A stretch of 64,000 nt of DNA from Cirrosporium novae-zelandiae (GCA_026023565.1 JAPETS010000001.1:1612001-1676000), one strand, 5' to 3'. Numbered from the stretch's first letter, positions 1 to 13,800 are shown. Notes: a model not told the origin generated them from the letters alone. Program-made: numbers and translations.

Positions 1-518
1 GCCCTTGCCATGCCCACCTTTATTTGGCTCGTGCGTCGTAGCAGCAGGAGGGGCGGCCTCCTGTTTCTCATCCACGTCCATTTTATCCTCCACTGCATCT
101 ATATTATCCTCCATCTCCGGCAGGCCAGCCATCGTTCGTCCTAGCCTTCCCAAACTCGCCATTAGCCTTCCAACCTCAGCACCTTTATCCGTCTTGTATT
201 TTAGGCATATCCCGCTTTTAGGATCAAAGGTCTTGAGCGTCAAGCTTCCTTTGGCGGCAACAGGCTGTGCAGGATCCGAGGAAGGTGTGGACACTTCGCC
301 AGACTTTGTCTTTAATTTTTTGGATGGGGGGGCTTTGGAAGGGTGTTCGACGTTGTATTTGGTTGTTATGCGAGTCTGTGGGCGGGGGAATCGAATGCGT
401 TAGCTGTGGAACTTGAGAAATAGGATCTAGGAGAGGAAGGTCTCACGGTTGTGGGATGGGCTTGGATGAGGAGGGAAGATTCACGGAGCCAGTCCTGGGA
501 GGTAGTGAAATGAGGCAT
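1..518 (-). CDS. SRP21: Signal recognition particle Alu-domain subunit SRP9/SRP21-like (3' end runs off the window)
   Basis: ATG at 518; intron 376-446 (GTGAGA..CTAAC..CAG); spliced protein MPHFTTSQDWLRESSLLIQAHPTTTRITTKY...LTLKTFDPKSGICLKYKTDKGAEVGRL fits the SRP9/21 pattern. Confidence 0.8.
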
Positions 519-982
519 TTTTTTAAAAAGAGCCCTCGACAGGTCAAATCCGGACCGCAATTGTTGATTTGAACCCGTGGACTTTAATGTGGTCGGTGCT
601 GGACTTCGGAGGTAGAAGCTACGTTAATAATTTAGGGATCTTGAATATGGAGATTCGGCTAGCCCTACCACAGGACGCTGATGATGATGATGATCTAGTT
701 TCTGATAAGATAAGAAGAATCAGTAAACTTTGGGACATTCAGCCTCACTGTTATGACTCCCAGTGCTCCCCAGTCTAGCTGTCCTATGTGTGAAAGATAT
801 GGACTAGTTTATTCCATAGGAATCTACCAAGTTCGAAAGGATTTGTTTTTATACTTGAGTGTCTGGTGTAGCGGACAAGTCAAATTTCGAAAGAATATTT
901 CTATAAAACCTCGATAGAAGATCTCCCTTGACGACTCTCTACATGTCAAAGAAAAAAAGACAGTTCCTATAAACTAATAATT

Positions 983-3014
983 ATGGCAGACCTCGGAGAT
1001 AATAATCCTTTAGGCCCAAGCCTAGCTGAGGACCTGTTGAGCCACTGCCGCCAATTGCTTTCCGAATTGGACCAATATCGAGAGTTCCTTGTCGAACGCC
1101 AGCAGGATGATACGGTGATTCGAAGTTTTAGGAATACGGTGCAGACGGAATTGAACACCCTAGAAAAGGTACGTCAAGATTTGAGCATGGCTCTAAGAGG
1201 ATTTGGAACTTTTCTCGCCATGTTTGCGGATGAGGATGTCAGGCTGTGATCTGGCCTGGAGGCCTCTGGATTTATTTATTGTTGTATGGAATTGGCGGCT
1301 GTTTACTTGAATTCTTGACCTTTTCTTTGCTGGAAGTACTGTCCAACCCGAACAGAAATAGCCTGGTAGCATGTAATTGTGCACGTTCGACCATACCCTA
1401 ATATACCTTGCCTTGGCCTTCATTTGTTCCTTTTAGTGGTCCCAACCTCACTGGAATCTAGGACTCGACCTAAGGAATGGGGAGAGGTGTCTTGTAGACC
1501 CCCTTGCAAGTTGCACATAGACTCTGTACATAGACTCCCTTTTCCATCTGTCAAAACACTGCATTTTTCTTTCTCTCTTACGAGCATCCACCAATAAGCT
1601 AATATCCTAGGTTTCCTCAGGCGATCTCCAAGCAGACCGTACAGTACACACACTTCGCTCGTCCAATTTCCCTTTCTATGCCACTGTCTGGGAAGCAGCA
1701 AAACGCTGCAACGGACTCGTATCCTTCTCCCGAAGATTCTACTGGGACGTCGATCATCTAAAGGCCTCCTCCTCCGCGGCCGCAAAGGAAACCCCCAAAA
1801 ACGGAAAACGCAAAGGCGATAAATCGAAACAGAAGAGCATATTGGTTGATATCGTCGCGGAGGATGGCACCGAGTGGGTCAAGGTGTCTACAATTTCCGA
1901 GAGCAGGCTTTTGATGGATATGACGAAGGCCGGGTGGGAATGGGATGGTCCTTCCGAGGATGACGCCGAAGACGAGGATTTGCGTCGACGTCTCGACAAA
2001 GATGAAGAGAGTGAAGACGAAGAACTTCAGGTGGAACTGATCACGCTGGCCAAACACATGAAGAAGGCGGCCAATGCCGTGAGAATACGATATCAACACC
2101 CCAGAGTTAAACTGCTGCTGCCGAAAATCAAAGAAGGCAAAATCTCGCACATCGACGACCTACTACAGAAAATCAGGGATCTCGGGGTAACCGTTGAGTG
2201 CGGCGAACCACCAACTTCATCCCTACCGACCAACGGCAACAGCACCACCACCACCACCCAAGAAGACTTCCAAACCTCATCCCTCATAGAAACTTTCCAA
2301 CATCTTGTCGTTGACGAATACAAAAACTTCACCCCCACCCTCAATATCGACTGCACGCTGCTCCTCGCTATCGTGTCGGACCTCTCCCACTACCCAATTA
2401 CTCCCTCCTCACACTACCACAAGGCCATCCGGCGCCAAATAGAACTCGAAGCCACGCAGGCGCCCCTGGTCCCCTCGAAACTCTGGCCTGCAATGGGAAC
2501 CCGAAACCTGCTCTGCACAGCCCCAGCCCACACGCGCTTCAGCGAGATCGTAGATTTAATCGGAACACCCACGGAGAAGAAGCGAGCTGCGATTCTGATG
2601 GGGGAGGGGACGTATGAAGGATGCAGCAGGGAGGAACTGATAACCGCATTCCAATCCCTAACCTCTTACCCTGTTCCCCTAGGCTGGGTATTACCAATAA
2701 AAATCTTCGCTTCCCCTTCCTCCCCCGCGCCTTCTTCTCTCAATCTCCTTCTCTCACAACTTCCCCCCATCGCAACAAAAGTCTCGAATAACCTAACTCC
2801 CATAAACCAATCTATATTCCTATTTGGGTGGCACTCAGGCCTTACGACACTCAGCTCCAATAAAACTGTAGCTAGGCAAATCGAGAATATCATCGAGGAA
2901 GGAAATAGGAATGAGGATGGGGGTGGGGATAAGGAGGGGGTGAGAGGACCGGATATTTGGGTTTGTGGGACCGCGAGGAGTTTGTTGGCTAAGGATAAGG
3001 AGAGGCGGGAGTGA
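983..3014 (+). CDS. DUF1308 (C7orf25-like) protein
   Basis: Exon 983-1168, 442-nt intron 1169-1610, exon 1611-3014 in frame; motifs LRSSNFPFY, VDIVAEDGTEWVKV, LNIDCTLLLAIVSDLSH, TLSSN, ARSL. Confidence 0.8.
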
Positions 3015-3780
3015 TTTGAAAAAAAGAAAAAAGAAAAAAGAAAATTGTTGTGTAGAACGTTTAGGGTAGAGAGAGGGGGGGAAATGGCTAAGATAAAATA
3101 GGATAAGATGAGATGAGCTTTAGGGAAGCTGTATATTCGCCTAACGTACTTCATACACACATGTATAGATGCCCCTAGACCCATACCCATACCCATACAT
3201 TCATACATCCATACATCCATACATCCATCCATCCATCCATCCATCCAAAGCGAAATCCGAACTAACCTACCATCCAGTTCTATAAAAAAAAACACTTTCT
3301 CTAAAAAAAGAAAGAAAGAGAAATAACGGTTTAGTCATGGGTGGATACCTTTCCTTTTCTTTTTCTCCTCATGTTGATATTGATATTGATTCAGATCCAG
3401 ACCCCCCTCCCCTCCCCCTCCCCCCGCCATATATATACAACAACACACACAGCACACACAGCACATACAGTACACACACCACACACACCACCCATCACAA
3501 ACATGATATTCCATCCTCCATCCCCTAGATATCATCCATCTCCCTTTTTAACTACTATGTCTCCGGTGCATGCATCCATACATGACCCTAAATTTCCTCG
3601 ACCCTCTATATAGCCAATAGAGCAATAGAGCAATATAGTAACCAACCAAATCAAAGAAATCAAGAAGAAGGGGGGATACAACGGGATATAATGGGATATA
3701 TATATATATATATTCATTACTGTAGATGTAGAGTGCACTACATGAATCTGTGAATCTTTGAATCTTTGAATCTTTGAGAA

Positions 3781-3829
3781 TTAGGTACTAGGTATTAGGT
3801 ATTAGGTATTAGGTATTAGGTATTAGGTA
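3781..3829. repeat. (YTAGGTA)7 microsatellite in a simple-repeat-rich spacer (3.0-4.3 kb also has CATC, AATGGG and GAAATGG runs)
   Basis: Tandem repeat read directly. Confidence 0.9.
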
Positions 3830-5140
3830 CTAGTCCTGTTTATGGAGGGAATGGGAATGGGAATGGGAATAACCTCAACTAAACAACCACCACCCACCCA
3901 CCCTAAGCCTACAGCCACTCGAAGCATACAACTCCAACCTAATCCAAATTATATGATTTTAAACCCATTACCCCTTCCTTCCTACATATCCCATGTCCCC
4001 ATCCTATCCAATCCCATCCCATATAATCTTCAAACCCACATCATCCATCTATTTCAACCTCTTTCCCCCCTCTCCCTCTCCACTTACAAAAAAAAATTAA
4101 AGCAGTAGAGCAGTAGAATACTAGAACCCCCCCCCCTTTTTTTTTTGAGCCCTGAAGTTGATATTTAGGAGGGTGAAAAGGAGAAGAAAGAATAAGAATA
4201 AAATCGAGAAAGAATGTTTTTTTTTGTGTGTGTTGGCTATAGATAGATAATGTGGAAATGGGAAATGGGAAATGGGAAGTGGGAAGTGGGAAGGTGATGG
4301 ATACATCAACTATATAGTCGGTAGGTATAGTAGACAGATCCTCTAGCATCTTTCTTGTCCAGCATTGGCAATGAATGAATGAGCTTGATGGTTCTGTGTC
4401 GTCGGTCTGAAGCGCACTTTCAGTGTTTGTTGATGGTCGGAAGCCTGATGCGTTATGCTATAGGTTAGAAAATATCTACCGAATTGGTTTCTTTATATCT
4501 AGTCAGGAGATACATTTCCGAAGGCAATATGCGGATAATTAAATAAATTATTATCATCAGGACATATATTGATGGTGAAAGTATTTATATAAAAGTTACA
4601 AGAGTTTAAGGTCAATTTTGAATTTAAGCTTGCTCTTCATCTCGATTAATATCTCCGAGGCCAGCTCCGAGATCTGCTCCGAGATCCCATCCCAGGTATC
4701 CATTTTATCTATTCACGTGCGACTTTCTTCGTGTACGTGTACGTGTACGTGTGTTGTGATAGAGATCCCAGTTGATGAATATTGCCCATCCAAACATACT
4801 TCTCATCTGTGAACCCTTGGACTTCTTGAACCAAGGTAAACCCATCTATGGCCATAAAATAAAATCCCTATCCCTACTATATATACACGTACACTTGATT
4901 TTCACCTTCATCTCTCCACAAGAGCCATATAGGATAGGATGGCATGGTAGTTTTAAACAACTACTAAAAATTCCCCTAACGCCTAGAAACCATCAAATAT
5001 CGCGGGTGTGCTCCTAGAACTTGAAATTCAAGCTGAAGACTAGACTAGAATAGACGCCCCTAGGTATATCAAGCTACAAACAAATACTCAAACAAGTGAT
5101 ACTGGAAGTTTGTTGGCTGGTAATATTCGTTGAACCCAGC

Positions 5141-7090
5141 TTAGTGTCCACCCGTCAATTTTTGCCTTTCGCTGGAACTTCGAGGGCTTTCATCGTCGGA
5201 CCATCTGTCTCCTTCCTCACCGACAGCAAAGATGGTTTCACCGTCTAGGGATGGTCGGGAATGATCCTCAACCTTGCTGTTGCCGTTGCCGTTTCCGGCT
5301 CCTTTGAAATGTTTGTCGTAAGCTGGAGGGGAGTTTAGTTCTTCATCGCTGTGATCAGAAAGAGAGCGGGCATCTTCTTCGTCAAGAGAACCACCAAAGG
5401 ATGTGATTTCGAAACCCTCATCATCTTGAGCGATCTGTAAAATGTTAGTGGCTAACGTTCCAACAAAATGGGCAAATATCTTACTTCATCACTCATCGCG
5501 AATCTTCGATTATTAGCTGTAGGTCGCCAGAGATAGGCAACATATGCAATATCACAAAGGTACACGATGTTAAGCCAGCCATCAAGGATAAACCATCGGG
5601 TTTGCCAATGATCTGGTATAAAGTCTGGAGAGCTCCTACCGGCAAAGGTGAGGGAGTTGATGAAGAAAAAGCCGAAGATGACAATAATACTCGTAAGAAT
5701 GCACCACCATAATTTCTTGTACATCATTGCTTTGACATGCTGTTTTCGTTCCATAAGATCTTTAAGAGTGAGATTCAGAGAGTTGAGAGTCCAGACGTAG
5801 AAGGTCGTTAATGTGCCAGCAAGAGGGAGGATGACAAGAAGAACGAGGGGTCCAACGCTGTCAGGGGTTACGATAAGACTGGCTATCGCGTAGATCACCC
5901 CGAATACAAAGTGGCCCAATGCGAGAAATCGAACATAGACCATTGTTTTTCCAAGACTGGCTTTCACGACACCAAACCCCATGCAGACGATCAAGAGAAG
6001 GAAGAACGAGAAGGAGTTTCGTCCTGCGTTTAAAATTGCGACAATTATCATGAGGAATTTTGACATGGCATTGGATCCATGGCGATTTTGGTAGTCTAGT
6101 TGTGCTGTTAGGTATTACCGATAGTGTATAATAGAAAATCTTACCATAGAAACCCCAAGTCATGAGCTCCTCCACAATCAAGAAGATTACAATTGCCGTG
6201 ATATAATTTTGGACAGGCACTATAGAACGTCAGTTCAGTTTATTAAGCAAAGCTAGAAAAAGAAATGAAACGAGCGAGTGTTGAGAAGACGGATTCTAAA
6301 GCCTTGCGTAATCTCCAGCTAATGCGCAAAGTATTTTGCCTAGCAACCACTTTCCTAATAAATAGCTTCTCGTTCATATCATGGGGGATGACCTACAAAT
6401 ATCATGCCTATGTTGAACATAGAGGAAGGCCCAGAAGATCCCAATCACTGCATATACAATTGTAAGACCGCCATAAAACGGTAATTTCGCAATCTGGGCA
6501 GCAGGGAGCTCGCCATATGCGTTCCGGAATTCCACGACAGCTTTATATTCCTCGCCAGAGTATGGATACGTAAAGATGCAATAGAATCCGGTTTTGAGAA
6601 TGGGATAGTTAATGGCTGGAGGATCCCTGAGGTGGATTGTTTGGGATATGATCTTGCTCTTCGAATCTTCGGTAGCATTCGGCTTGAGTATAAAGGACCC
6701 AAGTTCTTCCTCGGTACAGAGATTGGCTTCTTTGTTGTCATCATTGCATATAAGGGCCAACTATAAACACGAAAGGTTAGAAATACAGAATGAAGCCGAG
6801 GGGTGTGCAAAACTTACCTCATCCGCGGCAGCATCTGTATATCGGCCTATGAGACCCTCATCCTGCCACTCAAATATAATAAAACTGACAATCGGATCCA
6901 AATTGTCGTTATATTCACTATTCACAAACTTAGTGAGGATGAACGGATCTACCGATCCACCCCAAGACTTCCTGCTGTACATGCCCGTACATCTTTGCTG
7001 GTTGATTTCCTCTTGATTTAATTCGACTTCAACAGCAGAAACAACAAGAGCTGTTAGAAACAGCGTTAACAGCTGCAGCCACCTTTTCAT
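5141..7090 (-). CDS. PTM1: PTM1/GOST (lung seven-transmembrane) Golgi membrane protein
   Basis: Signal peptide; QRCTGMYSRKSWGG, EFRNAYGELPAAQIAKLPFY, LPVQNYI, LWRPTANNRRFAMSDE; four introns; TAA at 5141-5143. Confidence 0.88.
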
Positions 7091-7374
7091 GATGACTAGG
7101 GATATAAAGTGGATTTGAAAGGGAGAAGGTTAAGGAAGTTGAAAATTCAACTTTCGAAAGGCATAACTTCGTAGAGAGCTGTCATCTCAAGGTTAGGTTA
7201 AGTTACCCTGGGAGTTCCCTGAGTTCCCTGAGCGGAAGCTCGATCAGCCTTACCTTTTCAAGAATTACGCATTCAACGGCACTTTCCGTTCAGATTCCTA
7301 TGAACTACTGTAGGAGAGGGCAGATCATTTTTAATTATCACATTTACCCCGCTACAATAAATTCAAGAGACAAA

Positions 7375-8566
7375 ATGCCAGGAAAAAATATTGGGGCTGA
7401 CAATGATAGCGACAACATTCTATGCGTTCGATGTCATGTATCTCCTTCAGAAGTCACTGTGCGATCTGATCGTCTTTGCAGGTCAGTTGGTGCTTCTCCC
7501 AAGATGAACCATTCATCCATGTGCCTAACTGATCATTATATATAGTGACTGCTTTACGAGATATATAAATATGAAGACTGTTAAACGACTGGAGACTTTT
7601 AGGGTGCGGAATTCTACTGCTGGAAAAACTCGCCGACTTTTACTCCCCGTTTCGTTGGGCCTATCGTCCACAGTTCTGCTTCAGATGTCGGATCGCCAGC
7701 TACGGGCTCAGAGAGAGAGAACTGGTCGGACTGGTTATGAGGTGGTATTGTTACATATTGGATCTCTGTTTGAGGATGTCGATAGAATTGAGGCATTTAA
7801 GGGACGATTCCCGGACCATAACCTTGTGATGATTCCTGTTGAAAATATCTTTGAGTATGATTCAGCTATGAATGATTTCTACCAAGAAACGAATATTTCA
7901 CCCGAGGCATCGGATTCATTATCTAATCAAGAGAAATTACAAAAACTATTAAATCAGGTTCCCTCCGCAACCTCCAAAGAGGATGTCTTGACCAATCTCC
8001 GGACCAGGCTCATCGTGGAAATCGCCCAACAACAATCTTGCGAAGGCATACTATGGGGACATTCTACAACTAGATTGGCAGAAAAGACTTTGTCAGAGAC
8101 TGCCAAAGGTAGAGGTTTCTCTTTAACTTGGCAAATATCTGATGGGATTTCTTCTCATGGAATATTTTTCTACTTTCCTCTTCGTGATCTCTTAAGAAAG
8201 GAACTTGCCATGTATGCCTCGTTCATTAAACCTTCATTGGATAATATCATTCGTTACGAACCATCTTTAAGAGATATCTCAGCTTCTTCAAAGAGCACCA
8301 GTATTGATGCACTTATGGGCCAGTATTTTGAATCTGTGGAAGAAAGCTACCCAGGAATCGTTGCCAATGTTGTTCGAACAACTGCAAAACTTCACGCCTT
8401 AAATATCCAAGCAGAAAAAAAGTGTCGTCTATGTGATATGCCTTACCATGCGAATTCTGACGAGCCTGAACCTGTGACAATCTACAGTCTCACCGCTGAT
8501 GCGGACAGGAAGCAAGCCATAGAAGGACTATGCTATGGATGTACAAGAACCATGGAAGTTCGATGA
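7375..8566 (+). CDS. NCS2: Cytoplasmic tRNA 2-thiolation protein 2 (Ncs2/Ctu2)
   Basis: N-terminal CxxC..CxxC across intron 7482-7545; SLGLSS, TRLAEKTLSETAKGRGF, PLRDL, YPGIVANVVRT, C-terminal CRLC..LCYGC; divergent from PTM1. Confidence 0.9.
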
Positions 8567-9065
8567 ATGCCTGATCAAGAATGGACACAAAGTTAATCCT
8601 TTCCAATTTACGGTGTCTGAACTGAGTCAAAATCATATTCATAGACTGGTTCTTCTTAGTACTTGTCATACTGACTCACAAAAATGTGGATAAAAAATAT
8701 TGTAATTGATAGTAATTAAATGGTTGGTGAAGTTAATAGTGTAAGAAGTAGGTTTTTAGTGGATGGCCAACCCCTGGTCGTTAGCCAACTCTAGGTCAGT
8801 ACGTTCGTTAATGATCATTTTTTCTGGATGATTATATTGATCTCGCCAGTATAAAGGATTTCAGTAGCCATCAATCAATAAGAGACAATTCGGCATTGAT
8901 TAGGGCTTCGGGGTTAGTTGCGGCTGATTGATTACCTAGGTATCTTATCGCCGGAGTTAAATTTTCCAAGCTTCCGGTCAACTCAAAAAGTATACTTTCG
9001 AAAGTAGTTCATCTCAAGATTTGTTTCACTCCAACGAAATCTCCGTCGACACTCTATAACCAAAT

Positions 9066-10738
9066 ATGAATTCAGAAGAACGCTCTCAAAGTCCCTCCTC
9101 AAAAAAGAGGAAGAGAGGTGATGAAGAACATATTTCAACCTCTGAGAATGTGCCCGATCAACCACTACCTTCGGAATCCGCTGTCTCTCTCCCCGTCACA
9201 GCTCAAGATGAACCTACAAAATTTACAGACCTGGGCCTTGACCCCAAAACTATTAATGCAATTACCAACATGGGCTTTACGGATATGACAGAGATTCAGC
9301 GGCGCACCATACCACCATTGTTAGCCGGCAAGGACGTTCTGGGAGCCGCCAAAACAGGTTCAGGAAAAACTCTGGCCTTCCTCGTCCCGGCGATAGAAAT
9401 GCTTCGTTCATTACACTTTAAACCACGGAATGGGACTGGTGTGATTGTAGTCACCCCAACCAGAGAATTAGCATTGCAAATATTTGGCGTCACAAGGGAA
9501 CTGATGGCCTCGCATACGCAGGTATGAGCTCTTATCTTCTTTCTAGATATCGTACTAAGATTAAGATAGACTTCAGGAATTGTAATGGGGGGTGCCAACA
9601 GATCTGCCGAAGCTCAGAAACTTGGGAAGGGAATCAATATCCTTGTCTCAACTCCAGGCCGACTACTCGATCACCTACAAAATACAAAAGACTTTGTCTT
9701 CAAAAATTTAAAGACACTCATCATTGATGAAGCCGACCGAATATTGGAAACGGGTTTCGAAGATGAAATGCGCGCCATCGTGAAGATCCTTCCTAGTGAC
9801 AGACAGACTATCCTTTTCTCCGCTACGCAAACAACAAAGGTTGAAGATCTTGCGCGGATATCGCTACGAAGTGGGCCGCTGTATATTAACGTCGACCATG
9901 CTAAAGAGAACAGCACTGTTGAAGGGCTAGAGCAAGGGTATATTGTATGCGAATCAGATCTACGGTTTCGACTTCTCTTTACATTTTTAAAGAAACAGTC
10001 GAAGAAAAAGGTCATTGTTTTCTTTTCAAGCTGCAACTCCGTCAAATACTTTGCTGAGCTCCTCAACTACATTGACTTGCCAGTTCTGGAGATACATGGA
10101 AAGCTCAAGCAGCAAAAGCGCACGAATACTTTCTTCGAGTTTATCAATGCGAAAGCCGGGACCTTGTTAGCCACAGATGTTGCTGCTCGTGGACTCGACG
10201 TAAGTCAATTGGTCCTTTTGTGCAGTACATTCTAATGTTTTCATCATAGATACCTGCCGTAGACTGGATCATCCAATTCGACCCCCCAGATGACCCCCGC
10301 GACTACATCCACCGCGTAGGGCGAACAGCGCGCGCAAATGCTAAAGGCAAATCCCTCCTCCTGCTCCAGCCCTCGGAGCTCGGCTTCCTAACTCACCTCA
10401 AGGAAGCCCGAGTTCCCTTGGTCGAATTCGAGATCCCTAAACTCCTCAACATTCAATCACAACTCGAAACCCTCATCGCAAGAAACTACTATCTGAATAC
10501 ATCAGCCAAAAATGGCTATAGGAGCTACCTTCAAGCCTATGCCTCCCACAGTCTCAGGAGCGTGTTCGATGTTCAGAAGCTTGATCTTACGAAGGTTGCA
10601 AAGGCATTTGGATTTACGGTTCCACCAAGGGTAGATATAACATTGGGGGCGAGCATGCGGGATAAAAAGCAGACTGGAAGGAGAGCCTACGGAAGCCAGC
10701 CTAATCAACAACATAAACGGAAAAAGTTTGATCATTAG
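9066..10738 (+). CDS. HAS1: ATP-dependent DEAD-box RNA helicase Has1 (ribosome biogenesis)
   Basis: [50 protein letters not shown]; introns 9522-9569 and about 10200-10249. Confidence 0.96.
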
Positions 10739-11599
10739 GTGATGTTGTGTAATGAGGGCTTCTTGTATATGGCTATGCAGGAAGGAAGCAAAAATAAAAA
10801 CGCATGTATCAAGAATTCTAGTGATACCTAATGTTAAGAAATGTTACCGTGGTCAATGAATTGCCTGCCTGCCTACCCATTTATTTATTTTCTCCAAGAG
10901 AAAAGAAGAATGGCAATTGGTAGTCGTATTTTGCAAACCATGTGCTTGAGCAATTTCGTGGTAATCTAGGGTTTTATCTCTTTTTTGCATCTCTTTATGG
11001 CCGAGAATGAATATTTCTGAATAATTAGACAATCTAACAGCAATTCGCAGGACATGAATTATTTGTTGAAGATGTTGCCAGCCAGCCAATCAACCAAGGT
11101 GAATTGATGGGTACCACATTTTCAAGCAGAACCTGGTTCGAAACGGATACTAGACTCCAAAGCGAGCATCTCTTGGAAGAAGTTGACAAGGGTTTGAAAC
11201 ACAATACCAATTGGAGAAATTTACATTTTCTCCACACCATCTTTTCATCACAAGCGTGTTTTCCCTCGGTCAAAAATAAGTTTGTTTTCCTAGTTGTAAC
11301 ATTAATCTTACTGAAACGAACAAATGTGACCAAAAAGAGAAGGTGGTTGACTTGAATTACTTGACATTCCCTTCTCACTCAACTATCCTCGAATATAACC
11401 TGGCAAAAGCCTCAATGGTGCGAAACAAGAATACGAGAATTAGAAACAGAAGGGATATTATTACACCGCCAACTCCAACCATGTCATGTGAATTCCATAA
11501 CATTCTCAAATGGCATCATATAAAGCTTTTCTTTCCCTTCCTTCTTCAATCACATAATGTATAAGGTCTTTTCCCTAGATCTATAGCCATCCAATTACC

Positions 11600-12679
11600 A
11601 TGTTTTCCCAGCTTCTCCCCTTCTTACTCCTCTCCGGCGTTACCACCGCTGCTCACCACCACCACAAACGGGCCACCTCAACCATAATCCCCACCACCTG
11701 TTTCGACGACTATACCTCCTTGGAAACTTACTTCAGCTACCTATACCCATGGGGTTCTGATCATAACGGTGGTGCACGCATGGTCGGCAACTCCTCCGAC
11801 CATGACTACATCAGCATCATCGACTCTGGCACTCTAACCCTGACTGCGCAGCCCGTAACGGGGCAGCCAGCCACTTCAAGCGGGGTAGCAATTAACTATC
11901 TCTCGGGGACGGTCTACGCCAAGGAGCAATTCACGGTCGAGGAGGGTGGCGGGTATGATTTTGAGGCCGAGTTTCAGGCTCCTACTGCACAGGGCACATG
12001 GCCTGCATTCTGGTTGACTGCTGTTGTGGGATGGCCTCCGGAGGTTGATATCGCGGAGTGGAAAGGTCAGAATATTTCCCCCCCCCCATGCCCTCCCCAG
12101 GAAGAAATAAAACGAATGCCAAATATCCACACCAATCACCACAAACTAACACTAATGAACCTCAGGCACCGGCGACATCTCCTTCAACACCTTCAACACC
12201 TCCTCCATAGTAGCTGCCAAAGATGTAGAGTACTCAGACCCAGACTCCTTCCATACCATCAAAGCAGAGCTGCGCGATGAGGACGGGAGCACCGTCTCCG
12301 TTGCCTTCTACATGGATGACTCACTTATCACCACGCAGTATGGTGATGGGTTCACGGGCGCGGCGATGTATTTGTGAGTCTTGTGTTTTTCTTTTGCCCT
12401 TTTTCGGGGGTGGGGGATGATAAGATGTGATATGATGACGGACAGATATAAACTAACGCATCCGTCTCATCGGCAGAATCATCGACCTGCAAATGGAAGG
12501 CTCATCCGGATCCCCTGGTCCAACAACAAGTAAGTTCCCTTAACCCTAAATCTTGAATTCCCAATTTCTTCATCACAAAATATATATTTCATCAGCTCCA
12601 GAACTGAAACTGACGAATGGTCTTTGAAGATACCACATATTCAATCCGCAATTTGCAAGTTACGAGTTATAATTCCTAG
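11600..12679 (+). CDS. Secreted glycoside hydrolase family 16-like protein
   Basis: Signal peptide; GTWPAFW and WPPEVDIAEWKG (ExDxxE) motifs; three introns; spliced end IRNLQVTSYNS then TAG at 12677-12679. Confidence 0.85.
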
Positions 12680-13800
12680 ATATGATGTGATGTGATTTGT
12701 TAGATTGGATGTGAGCTGGCTTGAGTGGCGACCTAAAAGTAAATACTACAACAGACCTTGTAAATAGTCTATATGTCAGGTTGATTCCTCGATAGTGTAG
12801 ATGGTCTTAATCTTATCATAAGACTGGGTGATGCATGCGTATAACAGTATTGGCTTAATACCTGTCATTCTAAAGTCTTCCACCGTCCACAATGCGTATC
12901 CCCGCATATTCTAGACATATTAATTAGCTATGTACATGTACTTCGGATCTAATCTGATCTGATTAATTTCTTCACCGTAGACTACTCCGTAACGAACGGG
13001 TATAAAAGTGAATATCGTATCGAGAAACCAAAGACGCTAGCGGGAAAGCATGTTCAAGACACGGTTAAACGGATAGGCGGCTCGCGCGGCATTTCAGACT
13101 ATATATGACCGACTACACATGATAACATTCTGTGCGAGTATAAATTGTTTACCATATAAGAAATTCATCTAATAACATTGTTGCTTAGAACGAGCTTAAC
13201 GATATACAAATAACAGATCTAATCTACGGGCACTACTATTATCCATGTATTATGTTTTTCGTTTCAAACTTACGTACAGTACATGATATTTTACAAGTGA
13301 AGCTGTGTGACCAGTACACCAACAGTGAGACACTTCTGTCGATCGTGCTCAACCTTCAATATTAGGGCGACCCCTCTGTTTTCCCTTTTTTGCATCTTCT
13401 CCGTTGCCTTCCCCATACATCTCCATGTCCCGCAATTCCCCTTTTCAGCATTGCTTCTGTCCATGCATGTCATGACATGTTGTTGCCAGCAGTCATCATC
13501 TTAGTTAATGGATACCAAAATACTACTACCTTTGTCATATTTCCGCTATTAACTTCATGTACATGTACCTAAAGCTAGCTGGCAACATGGCGTCGGCCAA
13601 CTCTAGGTCGTTGACATGAGATACAACGTAAGACGGAGTCGAATTTGCTAGAGACAAGGACGGAGATGTCTGCTCCATGGTCATTTCACCGTATTCATTC
13701 AAAATAAAAGGATGACCTCCCGGTGTCTGAAAAAATTTCGCTTCATTAGCATCACACAACTACTTTTTGGATTGTTTTCCTGCTTTCATCGCTCGTTACC

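Noticed and set aside
1169..1610. TPP riboswitch, RNase P/MRP or snR30 in the long introns
   Set aside because: Hallmark motifs (CTGAGA with GAACTTGATC..GATAAT; GAAAGTCCCC; ATATTCCTA/AAACCAT) were not found by eye
3000..4350. Many short ORFs in simple-repeat spacers (also 15.9-17.8 kb and 34.5-36.9 kb)
   Set aside because: Translations mirror microsatellites; no splice-consistent gene model or protein motifs
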